Notes: a model not told the origin generated them from the sequence alone. Counted from the whole stretch's first letter, positions 1 through 12,424 are shown. The stretch: 63,367 nucleotides of DNA, filler included, from Octopus bimaculoides (GCF_001194135.2; 7 parts of 6 records of this genome joined end to end with filler, not necessarily neighbours in it), one strand, 5' to 3'. Program-made: numbers and translations.

Positions 1-622
1 GCATTCCCCCGACGTCGCCAAGTTTCAACAGGACATCATTACCACCACACATACAGAACACAGCTATATTACAGTTCCTGCGCCAACGTTTTCTCCATCA
101 ATGTACTGTCTACCACAATGTCGTGCGCCAACAACCCCACCACCAGGGACACACCATATTGCATGTTTTTCTTTCATTCCTTCAATTTGTACATTGCATG
201 CATGTATCACACGAGTGTACATTTCATTTCTCTCATTTTCTTTGTGTGTGTTTGTGCTACATCTTGTGGGTGGTTTTCAGTGGCCATCCTGCCTCAGGCG
301 TTCCAAAAAAAATTATATTATCGTGCGTTCCACACTGGCGAGGGGTGCCCTGTAGTAATAGTGTGCGCATGCGTAGTCTCACGCATGCGTGGAATTCAAC
401 AACCAAGCTTTCCCGCTTTGATCGATCTCTTTCTTGCTGGCCAGCGATTGAGCAAGGACGTGTCTAGGTGTCTCTCCATCTTTCGAACTCACGCTAGACA
501 GCTCACATCAATATACCAACGTCCCAACAACCATGTTCTCACACACCGAAGACCACCTTGAATAAATGTTGTTTATGTTGATAGTTTGGAGTTCAGCGTT
601 CCGTTCAATTCCTAATTTAATA
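1..622 (+). mobile_element. Probable 3' end of an LTR retrotransposon (3' internal region, polypurine-tract-like segment, 3' LTR about 351-622)
   Basis: G-rich GGCGAGGGG just before TGTAGTAATA at 351; AATAAA at 561; GC content higher than the flanks. No recognisable protein domain. Confidence 0.4.
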
Positions 623-2082
623 TAGGAAAGTCAGGCGTACATCTAATGATGTATAACCCACTTTCCTATAATGGTACATGATATGAAATTAAAGAAACTT
701 GACTAAATCTAAAATCTCTACATAAAATATTCTCCATAGTTTTTTGTTTTTTTTTACGATCTGCTGGAGTGGCTTTCTTCAAGATATATTTACGACCATG
801 CAGTTACAGAGAAGAAATTATTGAAATTAGTCATTATTCGTTTTGTCCCAACTTAGACATCGCTTTTGTAAAAATTGAAAATTATCGTGTGCGAAAAAAT
901 TGACCTGGAATCCAACAAAGAAAAGAATTTTGATTGTTAAACACCAAGAATTATCTAGATATTTTTATTAGCAACTCCAATGACAATCGGGTCAAAATTG
1001 AGGAAAATTTTCTTGAAAAAAAAAAAACCGGACACCTGACTATGTTTTAAACTCTCTGAACTTCAGCTGACCAATTTTTACTTCCTAAGATGATGCACTC
1101 GTACAAAACGATGATGCAATACTTTCGGGTTCAGTTTAATAAGAATTAAAGCTTTCAACCAAAGTACTTGCAAAAAGGGTTGACAATTGACCTAGATAGT
1201 GTTATTAGTTCCACACAGACCGATGCGATTTCCAGGTCTGCTGAAGATAATCTCCATTCCTGCAATTTGTCATAGAAAGAAATGGCCGTGGATATGACAG
1301 ACCTGACCATTGCAACTCGATAGCTATCTTGAATGCAACCAGTCCTTTTTTCAATAATTCCTTGCACAATAACACCACTGTTCAGTGGTCATAAGACGCT
1401 ATACATAGGAAACATTTCTAGCTACGCTCAATCTGTTATGCTTTGAGTCAGTTTAACGTTAGATATGTCAGGGAACATTCTATTGAAACTTGAAGCTCAA
1501 AAGAGCCGTGTCTGCATATGCGGAATAATGCTGTCATGTCATTGGGCTCCTCGGAAATCGAAGTGATCAGTAACATACTAAAGTAATATAAGGTGGGGGG
1601 GGGGGGATCTTTTCCCTTTGGCCCGGCTAAAAGGAAAAGATCCTAAGGTGGTAACAACAGCAGACATTAAAACAAGACAGTATGCTTAAATTCAGTTTTG
1701 GGAGACGTCGGCCAGCGCCTATCCGTGAGGCAAGGGGCCAGTTATGGTGCTGGGGTCTGGTTCAGAGCTAGCTTTCAGGTAGATAAGATTTGGGACGCAC
1801 TTGCAAGCGACGCGATCAGTTTCATCCTAAAGGACTCTGACAGAGATCTACTGAAAAGTCGTGCACTTTCCAAAATATTATTAGTAATTTGTAAATATGA
1901 ACGTGCACACCACCCTTCTAAAGCTGCCACATTACGAAAAAGTGCTGACAGTAAAAATAAAAGCATTTTTTAAAATGTAACACATTGAACGATTTCATGA
2001 TAGTTCTAAAGAAAAAAATGATGTTATATTTACAGAAAATATTGCTTTCAAGTTTTGGCACAAAGCCAGCAATAACCGAGGT

Positions 2083-2230
2083 ATAGGTCGGTTAGATCGA
2101 CCCCAATGCTCAGCTGGTTTATCGACCCCGTAAGGATGAAAGGCAAAGTCATCCTCGGCGGAATTTGAACTCAGATGGACGCTGCTAAGCATTTTGTCCG
2201 GCATGCTAACGAGTCTGCCAGCTCGCTGCC
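2083..2230 (-). mobile_element. SINE family A (tRNA-derived, GGCGGCGAGCTGGCAGAATCGTTAGC-type head)
   Basis: Reverse complement matches the family repeated at 7891, 8735, 10080, 23770 and 57125 (CTGAGTTCAAATTCCGCCGAGG...TTTGCCTTTCATCC...GGGGTCGAT). Confidence 0.85.
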
Positions 2231-2722
2231 TTCAAGGATGCTACGTGATCGCTCGACCAACAAAGACCAAGCAGGTAGATCTACTGCGAATTACATCCTA
2301 CTGTCTTAGGAAAGCAAGGAATATAACGAAGGATATTTTCGCTTTAAGACCACAAAGTGGAAGTGAACCACACGTCCATATCTCCATAAATTTTCGTACA
2401 TACTCAGCAATGCTTAGATCTCCGTACTATCTTCCAAATGAAATATTTTGGCTTTCATATTTTAGTATCTACTTTAATAATAATACTCTTGTGTATTTCT
2501 CCGTCACAACATATGAATGAAAAAGGAAGGGGTGATAGATGAATAAGGAAGGATGGGGTGACGGCAAACTGATGGGATGATGAACATTCAACGCTGACAA
2601 GAAAAATCAAACAGCGTTTCAACTCTGTGTATGTGTGTGTGTGTACAAGGGAAGTATGTGAACATTGACAAGTGTATTAATTTGATTTACCATCCATATT
2701 TATATATAAAATACTACAATTA

Positions 2723-2755
2723 GCCGTCATCTTTGACGGCACTAGGTCAGCTAGT
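2723..2755 (+). mobile_element. Helitron-type 3' terminus (non-autonomous element end)
   Basis: Hairpin GCCGTCA-tctt-TGACGGC (2723-2740), 10-bp spacer, then CTAG|T at 2751-2755. This is the canonical Helitron 3' signature. Confidence 0.7.
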
Positions 2756-2994
2756 TAGTAATAAATCATCAAGGCTTTACATATTCAGATAGATCATAAT
2801 CATTTTCATTTCACAATAAATCACTCGAGTTGTTCATATTGAATCATTTGGACTTTATTGTTCATTATACTGACAGATCAAATAATATTCGCTGACATTC
2901 AATGTTGAATATTTTACTTTCACTTTGTGTTCTTAAAGCTAATGATTTTTGGCAACAAAGTCCTAGTTACACAATACCAAAAGGTAGGTTATCA

Positions 2995-3158
2995 TCGACA
3001 CTTTACGTACTGAGTTCAAATTCTGCATAGGTCATCTTTGCCTTTCGTCTCTTCGGGGTCAATATAGCAAAGTACCAGTGAAGTATTGGAATTAATGGCA
3101 TCGATTACACCCTTCCCTTGAAGATTTCTGGCCTTGTGCCTTTGTTAGAAAGAATTAA
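2995..3158 (+). mobile_element. SINE family A, 5'-truncated and diverged
   Basis: CTGAGTTCAAATTC...TTTGCCTTTC...GGGGTC...GGCCTTGTGCC...AGAAAGAATT. Confidence 0.75.
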
Positions 3159-3869
3159 ACAGCTGTGATGGTGTGCCTTGCCATCTCAGAACGTCTGCTA
3201 TAATATTCCATCCACAACTGTTGTATTACCCGAAAGGGATTAATATTTATGACTTTGCTTTCTTCGGTTAGTGTGCGGCCAAGGGCCTTGTTTCAGTGGG
3301 GTACAAGGGGAGGATTCCGCCCCCACTCACTTTTTCAGCAAAGGGGTACAAACCATCTTTTGTGCCCCCTACTTTTTCCCAATTAAAAAGAACAAAGTAC
3401 TACCGTCAATCTAAGTGGTGTATTGCATAGTGTCAAACTGGTGCGGGGGGGGGGGACTAAAAAAAAAAGGTCTACGCAGTGAAGAAATATTTCAGGAGCT
3501 GTTCAATACAGCAGAAGAAATGATTTATCAACTTGATATTTCACCTTTGGAGCAACCCAGGCAACAAAAAGTTCCTAAAAGATACCAGGAAGGTAATGCA
3601 TTAAAATAATCAACATTGCACTGTTTTGGATATCATTGCAGAATACAGTATGTGGATACTGCAATNNNNNNNNNNNNNNNNNNNNNNNNNNNNNNNNNNN
3701 NNNNNNNNNNNNNNNNNNNNNNNNNNNNNNNNNNNNNNNNNNNNNNNNNNNNNNNNNNNNNNNNNNNNNNNNNNNNNNNNNNNNNNNNNNNNNNNNNNNN
3801 NNNNNNNNNNNNNNNNNNNNNNNNNNNNNNNNNNNNNNNNNNNNNNNNNNNNNNNNNNNNNNNNNNNNT

Positions 3870-3972
3870 TCTATCAGTCTATTTTGCCGAACCACTAAGT
3901 TACGGGGACGTAAACACACCATCAGTTGTCAAGCGATGTTGGGGGGACAAACACAGACACACAAACATACAT

Positions 3973-4017
<45 letters not shown>

Positions 4018-4183
4018 TATGACGGGCTTCTTTCAGTTTCCGTCCACCAAATCCACTCACAAGGCTTTGGTCGGCCCGAGTCTATAGTAGAAGACACTTG
4101 CCCAAGGTGCCACGCAGTGGGACTGAACCTGGAACCATGTGGTTGGTAAGCAAGCTGCTTACCACACAACCACTCCTACGCCT
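3870..4183 (-). mobile_element. SINE family B (tRNA head, ACCTTGGGCAAGT core-like segment, internal (TA)/(CA) microsatellite)
   Basis: Reverse complement of the family seen at 4463-4843. Confidence 0.9.
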
Positions 4184-4462
4184 ATGAGATGATGAAAAAA
4201 TTGAAAAGTTTTGTGCTGAAGTGATCATGCAGTATCCAGAGCTTGATGAATTTTCTTCAAGGAACAAAATATTTATTTATGGAAATGATCATAGTGGATC
4301 ATCTCTCTTGGAACATCGTAAAATATTCAGTGAAATGCAACCAGAAGTTCGTCGTATGTATCGATACACGAAAAATGGAAGCAATCTGAACAAAATTAAG
4401 TGACGCTGGTTTTGCGAATGAGAAAGACTAGATCGCTTGTTTGCAAATGCTGAGTAAGGCGC

Positions 4463-4843
4463 GGGAGTGGCTGTGTGGTAAGTAGCTTGCTTACCAACCA
4501 CATGGTACCTGCGTGGCACCTTGGGCAAGTGACTTTTACTATAGCCTCGGGCCGACCAAAGCCTTGTGAGTGGATTTGGTAGAGGGAAACTGAAAGAAGC
4601 CTGTCGTGTATATATGTATCTGTGTGTATATGTTTGTGTGTCTGTGTTTGTCCCCTCAACATCGCTTGACAACCAATGCTGGGGTGTTTACGTCCCCGTA
4701 ACCTAGCGGTTCGGCAAAAAAAAACTGATAGAATAAGTACTAGGCTTACAAAGAATAAGTCCTGGGGTCGATTTGCTCGACTAAAGGCGGTGCTCCAGCA
4801 TGGCCGCAGTCAAATGACTGAAACAAGTAAAAAAGTAAAAGAC
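4463..4843 (+). mobile_element. SINE family B, full length
   Basis: GGAGTGGCTGTGTGGTAAG head ... GGCACCTTGGGCAAGTG ... microsatellite ... GGCGGTGCTCCAGCATGGCCGCAGTC ... AAGTAAAA tail. Confidence 0.92.
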
Positions 4844-6852
4844 TAATTGCTCAAGCTACTTTCATTGTTTCCAACCAGTTCTTGTGAAGCTGAAAGATCT
4901 TTTAGCACTCTGCGGAGACTCAAAACTTGGCTGCGATCGACCATGACTCAGCAAAGGTTGAATCATATTCTAATATGCCACGTTCACAGAGATGTTTTGA
5001 AAAAGATTAGGTGTGAAGAAGTTGCTAAATTATTTATTGACAGCAATGATGCAAAATATAATACATTTAGAAAGTTCTAAAAGTCAATAAATTTACTTGC
5101 TCTTTTTTAGTTTATTTGATATAGTAAATTCTTTTTAAGCTTATTTCTTTTTATACCTGAACTTCATTTTGAATGTATAAAATTTAATTAGCCTAATATT
5201 TTACGTATGTGATAGGGTCCGGGAAAGGCACCATAAGAATCAACAAATGTTGGTTCCCCCCACCACCACCACCACCACTATATATTTTCAAGGCAACAGA
5301 GACGCCTGTGTTCGGCACACACACCAGAATATATATACCCAAACGTGACAAAGCTGAATTTGTCCAACAATATCCATACAAACTGGAATCAATTAATAAT
5401 GGACGTTGTTGAAACTGGAAAAAAAAAAGAAGAAAAAATGAAGAATAGAGTCGATTAATATTGCAACAGCAACAAATTACATTTTCTAATCTTTCTAATA
5501 ATGCTGAAAGGGGTTTTTAGTAAAACGAGCGGACATGTGTAACATATTCCACTATGTTATTCCACCGCTTCTCATACATTGCGGTAGTGGAATGGTTATA
5601 ATAGTCACGAGGCCTATAGCGATGCAATTTATAGGTTTCGCTGACATCTTTATAATTAGTGTTCAAATTACGTTTCTCTAATTAAACCTGAAGTTACTTT
5701 TTATTTGAATTTTTCCTTTTATATAATTTGCGTATATTTTTGAAGGTGGCGGGCAGCTAGAGAAAGTGGCTGTAACTATAGAAACATAACTTGTCTCGTG
5801 TGATATAATAACTGAATTTTGGGTAGAAATATTCTATTTCAGTGTTGATATTTACTGTGTCTGGTTGTATGGTTTATTTGAGAGGGAATGTCAATAGACA
5901 TAATGGACAACAGTAGTTAGCATGGTGGTGATGAATGACACATAGACAATAGATGAGAGTGGTATACCGACGATGCGAGGAGAGGTGGGTGCATGTTGAG
6001 AGAAAGAGAGAGAGTAATATAATATATATATATGAACAAGTGCGAGTGTGACAGACAGAGGCAAGAGAGAGAGAGAGAAAAAATGTGTATGTGAGACAGC
6101 GTTAGAGAACAGGCGAGGGAGGTGTGTGTGTACATATACACATAGAGAAAGAGAGAGATAGACATGGAGCGATAGATACAAAATGAGAAATAGAGCGAAC
6201 GGGAGAAAGAATTGAGATGAGAGAGAGAAAAGGCTGGATAAGACGCAGCGTAGGCGGGAAATGAATGGTAACTTTAAAAAGTTGAATTGGAGTGCACGGT
6301 GACTTGGTTGACGATATATAGAAAACGAATAAAAACCAAAACATAGTTAACCCTTATTTTACCTACTATATAAATAGTATATGAATTATTAGCCAATTAA
6401 AATTACCTTGGTTACAAAAATACTAACACAAATCTAATTAAATAAATAGCACTGTTGTCAGAAGGGTTATGATATACAGATATAAAACCTAGCTTGGTCT
6501 AGACGGAATTTGGATCACACACGCACGCACATACACACACACATATTTTAGTAAAATATCATTTACCAGAGATAGTATTCAAACTTTGTGTATTATGAGT
6601 ATTTATAGACATATTCGTAACCCTTTTTTATTTCAATAACCAGCAAGGGACCACGTCGACTAGATCGACTTGATGTTGATTAATTGTCTATAAAATACTT
6701 AGTTTATTAGATACTAGCAGAGGCACCCGGCGTTGCCTTGGAATGAAATTGTTCCTTATAGAGGGATACATTTTATTCTCCAATTGGGAAATCACTTCTG
6801 AATTCATTATACAACAACAACAACAATAATAATAATAAAAATAATAATAATA

Positions 6853-7280
6853 AGACCAGATATAGTTATCAAAGATCATGAAGGAAAAAAATGCTTTCTA
6901 ATTGATGTATCAATACCAGCAGATGACAACGTTTCCCTAAAAGAAATGGAGAAACTTTCCAAATACAAAGACCTGAAAATAGAGATAACTCGAATGTGGA
7001 ATCTAAAAACAGAAACAATTCCTATCATAGGTTTAATAAAAAAATATTCAGACAAATACATAACAAAAACACCAGGACTTACAAATATATATAACATACA
7101 GAAAATTGCACTACTGGGCACTGCACACATCCTATGCAAAACACTTTCAATACAGTAACCATAAAAGCATCACAGCAAACCACAGCACATACCCAAGGCA
7201 CACAGAGCTGCGCTCGGTAGTGAAGTGAAAGCACATTATAAAAATAAAACAACTGAATAATAATAATAATAATAATAAAT
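6853..7280 (+). mobile_element. 5'-truncated R4/Dong-like non-LTR retrotransposon 3' end (restriction-like endonuclease)
   Basis: RPDIVIKDHEGKKCFLIDVSIPADDNVSLKEMEKLSKYKDLKIEITRMW (PD..D..K RLE motif), short 3' UTR and (TAA)n tail. (TAA)n also lies at the 5' junction. Confidence 0.88.
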
Positions 7281-7289
7281 GAAAATACA

Positions 7290-8700
7290 AAGTTTACCAA
7301 TTTTATGAAGGGAGATAAATTCTATCACATATGTTGAAGGAAATTTCGTATCTGTTTTTTTTTTTATACCAAAGTGATATCCATCTTGGCCAAATACACA
7401 GATTAATGGATACTGGAGTGCATCATAAGATTGGTGGGTTGCATTTATCTGTTGAAACTTATTTCCTCTTCCTTGAATAATAATATCTCTCTTCCCATAC
7501 TTGTCACCTGTAATAATTGCTGCTACTTCATTTGCAGCAGGGGCATTGTAGTGGCCTCTGTGCTCAGCCATAGGTGTTTTGTCTGCATCAGTAACTATCT
7601 TGTATTCAGTGGGTGGTGCAGATTCCAGTGCATGCTTGAAGCTTCTGATATAGCTATTGTTTGCATGCATCATACCCTGCAGATCAAAGATTAACTCTTC
7701 TTTCAAATTTGGAAGGTTAAATGACCATTGCAAAGCCTACTCCTTGTAATTTACCATAAAATATAGCTGTAAAAACTGAGGATTTTGCCTTCAGTTCGCA
7801 ACAAGGATCCAATACAATGGTATACTTGACCTTCATATTTAAAAGTTGGCTTCATGTTCTCTCCTCTCATAATATTGCTAACAAAGCAAGGTGGCAAGCT
7901 GGCGGAAATGTAAGTACACCAGGCGAAATGCTTAGTGGTATTTTGTCTTTACATTCTGAGTTCAAATTCCACTAAGGTTGACTTTGCCTTTCATCCTTTT
8001 GGGGTCGATATATTAAGTACCAGTTGCGCACTGGGTCAATCTAATCGACTGGCCCCTCCCCCAAAATTTTGGGCCTTGTGCCTAGAGTAGAAAAGAATAT
8101 TGCTACTGAAGGAGGTAATTTGGAAAGCAGAATTAGAATTCCTAATGTTTTTCAAGAAGTGCATGCTCCTTGGTGTGTTTCCTAAAAGCAATGCTTTCAA
8201 AGTATCTAGGGGCATGCCAAACTTTGGTAAAATAACCGTTCCTCCACCACAACACAATGTGGTGGTTTTTCTTTCCCATTTATTTCTTTTACAAAAACTG
8301 CACTCTTTTAACATTGCTCCAATATCAACCAATTTCTCTGTAGAATAATCCTGTTTTGGATCATGGTTGAAAGCTGATCTTTTCCAAGTCCCCTTAAAAG
8401 GTACAACCCTTTTGTCAAACATATTCAGCTCATCTTGTTGATGACGCTTACATCTTTCCTCTGAGGATTAGCATAATATTGCAGCAGCTGTTTGCTCCTG
8501 GTTTTCCCATTGATTTCTCACTGACTTATTTTCTCATTAGCAACTCAGGCAGCTTGTCTTTGTCTTGCATTCTTTAAACGTTTTTCTCTTTCCTCTTTTG
8601 ACTCTTGGCTCTTGCAGATTGCATTTTGTTGATGTAATTGTTCTAACCATTTGTCCCTTGCTTCTTGTGACTCAACTACAACCATTTGTATTAATTTCCA
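7290..8700 (-). mobile_element. Helitron RepHel N-terminal fragment (pseudogenised), interrupted by a SINE
   Basis: CSFCKRNKWE...LCCGGGTVILP...FLKNIRNSNSAFQITSF; MKPTFKYEGQVYHCIGSLL; YNAPAANEVAAII...RDIII...HQSYDALQYPL. All are Helitron N-terminal motifs. Charged ERLK-type repeats lie at 8545-8700. Confidence 0.9.
7881..8105 (+). mobile_element. SINE family A inserted in the Helitron with a 10-bp TSD
   Basis: AATATTGCTA at both 7871-7880 and 8096-8105. Confidence 0.9.
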
Positions 8701-8734
8701 GTTTTGGCACGAGGCCAGCAATTTTGAAGGAGGG

Positions 8735-8910
8735 TGGGGGTAAGTCAATTACATTGAGCCCTTTGCTAAACTGGTACTTATTTTATTGATCCTGAAAAGA
8801 TGAAAGGCAAAGCTGATCTCGACAAAATTTGAACCCTGAACGTTAAGACAGATGAAATACCACTAAGCATTTCGTCCAGCATACTAATGATTCTGCCAGC
8901 TCACTGCCTT
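8735..8910 (-). mobile_element. SINE family A
   Basis: Reverse-complement match to the 7881 copy. Confidence 0.85.
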
Positions 8911-10079
8911 ACTACAGCTACTAGTATTTACTACTGCACAATGTAGTCCTAGATACACTTTGTCTGAATAAGAGATGGAACAGTACAGCTGGGACATCTT
9001 TTATTGAAAGCCTACTGGATCAGAACTCAGGGTTAATCAATAACTATAACCACAAATGTTTACCACTATATTATATATGAGATAATGTACTCTTAGATAC
9101 ACTGTGTCTGAATGAATGATAGGATGGTCATGGCTGGATCATAGGTCTTCTGGCTCAGAGATGACCCCAGGGTTCATAGACAACAATAGCAGCCAATCTG
9201 AAGATTGATGACACCAGTCACATGTTATGGTCTTTAAGTCTAATTGAAGATTATTTCTGATGATTTTTGTCTGTTATGTGTACTTATTTTTTGTCTTCCT
9301 ATTAAGTATTATTGATCTTTACTGAAATATAATGTTAACTTATCTGATCTGTTGACTTAATTGATCCGTTGACTTAATTGATCTGTTGAACAGGGACTTA
9401 ACATGGAATTTTTCCCAAACAAATATTTACATTCCATACAAATAAATTTTCCTTCAGCGAGACACAAGGCCACATTGTTGTTGTGATATAGCCATGGGTT
9501 AGATTTGATTGTGCAGACCTCCATCATAGAAGAAGACAGATAAACTATTTGAAATACAGGCATATCTCAACTTACTTTGTTTCAAATTACATCTTTTTTG
9601 ACTTTACATTGTCTTCTTTTTTACTTTTTAAGAAAAGAAAGGAAAAAATAAACCTCAACTCTTCAATTGATTTATCTGACTTTACGTTGGTCTCAGCAAA
9701 CATAGTTAAAAGCATAAAAATAAAAATAAAAAAAAATCTAAAAATTAATACTGAAGTGGAAAATTGAATAAAAATGCTTGTGAAAATATGTACAAATGGT
9801 TTATTAAAACAAATATTAGCTTATAAATCTTTTAAAATGTTTTTTAGTGTTATGTAATTTTTCGAGTAAAATCACATGTCCTGAAACCAGTTAAGGTATG
9901 CCTCTATTTGCCTACTGTTTCCTGAAAGTCCTCCTACTGCATAGAGATTCCGTTGATGGCTCAACAAAGCAACATTTTACAGTGAGGTACAGAGGGACAG
10001 AATCAACTTCTTTATATTATTTAATTCTTTAGTGGCCACAGTGGGCTAAACATAGATGGGAAAAACAAGGACAGACAAA

Positions 10080-10240
10080 GGATTAAGTCGATTACATCAA
10101 CCCCAGTGCGTAACTGGTACTTATTTAATTGACCCCGAAAGGATGAAAGGCAAAGTTGACCTCAGCGGAATCTGAACTCAGAACGAAATACCGCTAAACA
10201 TTTTTCCTGGCATGCTAACGATTCTGCCAGCTCACCACCC
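10080..10240 (-). mobile_element. SINE family A
   Basis: CTGGTACTTATTTAATTGACCCCGAAAGGATGAAAGGCAAAG...GATTCTGCCAGCTCACC. Confidence 0.88.
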
Positions 10241-10289
10241 TTCTTTATATTATTGGCACTTATTTAAGGATACAGAAGTTCCCTTTCTA

Positions 10290-10560
10290 GCCATGCTGTT
10301 TCAAGTTCGGTGAGCATAGGAAGAGTTTTTGGTTTTAGTCCCCAAATTTAAGTTATACATTTTCCCAGGTCATTATATTTGGATAATTTCTCTCCTTCAT
10401 TAAGAGCAGCATTATAAACTGTTGGGATTGACACATCATTTAGGAGGGATTTCTTTCCTTGATGATCTTTGATGACAATATCTAGTCAATTAGCCTCCAT
10501 CTCTCTATATGTGTGGATTGGCATATTCCAGAATTTGGCTGTTTCAACATACTCAGAGGC
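10290..10560 (-). mobile_element. Older R4/Dong-like LINE RLE fragment
   Basis: Minus frame LDIVIKDHQGKKSLLNDVSIP...EGEKLSKYNDL, homologous to the 6853 copy, with stop codons. Confidence 0.75.
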
Positions 10561-11090
10561 CTTGTCTGTTGTACACACTGTGTATTTTAATTTACTAATT
10601 CATCATCATTATTAATATTATTGGTAGGTTTAGGCATGATTGTATGCCTCCAGGTTCAATTCCACTGCATAACTCTTGGACAAGTATTGTCTACATTTGC
10701 AACAAGTTGATCACTATTTTGTCAGACAAATTTGAGAAATAGAAGATGAACAAGAGCTCATCATGTATGTATTACGCACACACACACACACACATACACA
10801 CACACACACACACATATGTGTACGTGTGTGTGAGTACATATATAAGTGTATGTATGTATATATATATATATATATATAAACATACATAAATGTAGATATA
10901 TAATTGTGTATGGAACAGCCATGTTGAAGTGGCAACAAACATTACTTTCCAGTATTGTTACTACTTGCATTTCTTATAGAGATTTTAGAACTAGCTACTT
11001 TGCTTGTTGCAAGATCAGTGGCCAAATGTCGCTTATTCTTCTATATATTAAGGCTAAAATGAATGACTGCCATGTCTAGCAGAATGGTGT

Positions 11091-11137
11091 CCAGTACTGA
11101 GGAAGGGAAAACCCCTGAAACCAGACTGGTTTACTGG
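11091..11137 (+). ncRNA. Type I hammerhead ribozyme motif, canonical core
   Basis: CCAGUA-CUGAGGA-AGGG(AAAAC)CCCU-GAAA-CCA(GAC)UGG-UU/UACUGG. Stem I 6 bp, stem II 4 bp, stem III 3 bp plus the 15.1-16.1 pair; NUH triplet GUU. Confidence 0.8.
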
Positions 11138-11794
11138 TCCTATCAAACTGCTAGATGGTAGGGGTTCGCTTCCTGTCAATAACCAGCTGGAGAAGATATT
11201 TTCCTGGAGCTAACGTAGTTCCATATGGAACAGCCATGTTGAAGTTGCCACGAACATNNNNNNNNNNNNNNNNNNNNNNNNNNNNNNNNNNNNNNNNNNN
11301 NNNNNNNNNNNNNNNNNNNNNNNNNNNNNNNNNNNNNNNNNNNNNNNNNNNNNNNNNNNNNNNNNNNNNNNNNNNNNNNNNNNNNNNNNNNNNNNNNNNN
11401 NNNNNNNNNNNNNNNNNNNNNNNNNNNNNNNNNNNNNNNNNNNNNNNNNNNNNNNNNNNNNNNNNNNNNNNNNNNNNNNNNNNNNNNNNNNNNNNNNNNN
11501 NNNNNNNNNNNNNNNNNNNNNNNNNNNNNNNNNNNNNNNNNNNNNNNNNNNNNNNNNNNNNNNNNNNNNNNNNNNNNNNNNNNNNNNNNNNNNNNNNNNN
11601 NNNNNNNNNNNNNNNNNNNNNNNNNNNNNNNNNNNNNNNNNNNNNNNNNNNNNNNNNNNNNNNNNNNNNNNNNNNNNNNNNNNNNNNNNNNNNNNNNNNN
11701 NNNNNNNNNNNNNNNNNNNNNNNNNNNNNNNNNNNNNNNNNNNNNNNNNNNNNNNNATATATATATATATACATACACGTATGTATGTATATAT

Positions 11795-11975
11795 GTATTT
11801 GTGTGTCTGTGTTTGTCATCCCACCATTGCTTGACAGCTGATGTTGGCATTTTTACATTCCCACAACCTAGCGGTTCAGTAAAAGACACCGATAGAATAA
11901 GTACTAGGCTTACAAAGAATAAGTCCTGGGGTTGATTTACTCCAGCATGGCCACAGTCAAATGACTGAAACAAGG
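11795..11975 (+). mobile_element. SINE family B, 3' half
   Basis: GTGTTTGTC...TTGACAGCTGATG...GATAGAATAAGTACTAGGCTTACAAAG...CCAGCATGGCCACAGTC. Confidence 0.85.
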
Positions 11976-12424
11976 AACCGAAAAAAGGCATAAAAGTTAT
12001 GTATACACATACACTTGCAGATAGAAGTGCAATTGTATATTGAAAAGTATGTGTATTGTTCTCTTTTATGCCTCATGACTTAGCTGTTCAACAAAAACAC
12101 ATGAAGATATGTTCAAGACTTAAATAAATACTAGAGCACCAACATGCCCACTGTCCAGTTAATGAAACTAGTCAATGAATAGAAGAATGAATACATCTCT
12201 ACTTACCTTATAGACATCAAACTGTTCAATTGTTGAATCAAACATTGTGTATAAATCATTTAGGAGAGCCACAACCTGGAGATGAAAAACAAGGGAGAGT
12301 GAGACATGTCTTTATTATGAAAGAGAGAGGGAATGAGATTGAGAGAGAGAGAGAGAGAAGAAACGTGAGGGAGTGAGAGGGAAAGTGAGGGATAGATGGA
12401 TATTAATCTGCATACAAGTATATA

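Larger units (their letters stand above)
3294..5280 (+). mobile_element. Decayed hAT transposon (ZMYM1/THAP12-like transposase), split by two SINEs and an assembly gap
   Basis: 4847-5080 encodes LLSLFPTSSCEAERSFSTLRRLKTWLRSTMTQQRLNHILICHVH (hAT C-terminal dimerisation motif). Upstream pieces at 3470-3660 (EQPRQQKVPKRY) and 4221-4370. CAGTGG start with G/C-rich subterminal tracts; TSD not resolved. Confidence 0.8.

Noticed and set aside
364-390. Paired TGCGCATGCG / ACGCATGCGT motifs resembling NRF1 sites
   Set aside because: They lie inside the putative LTR, and similar words occur in the maT element; there is no evidence of a host promoter.
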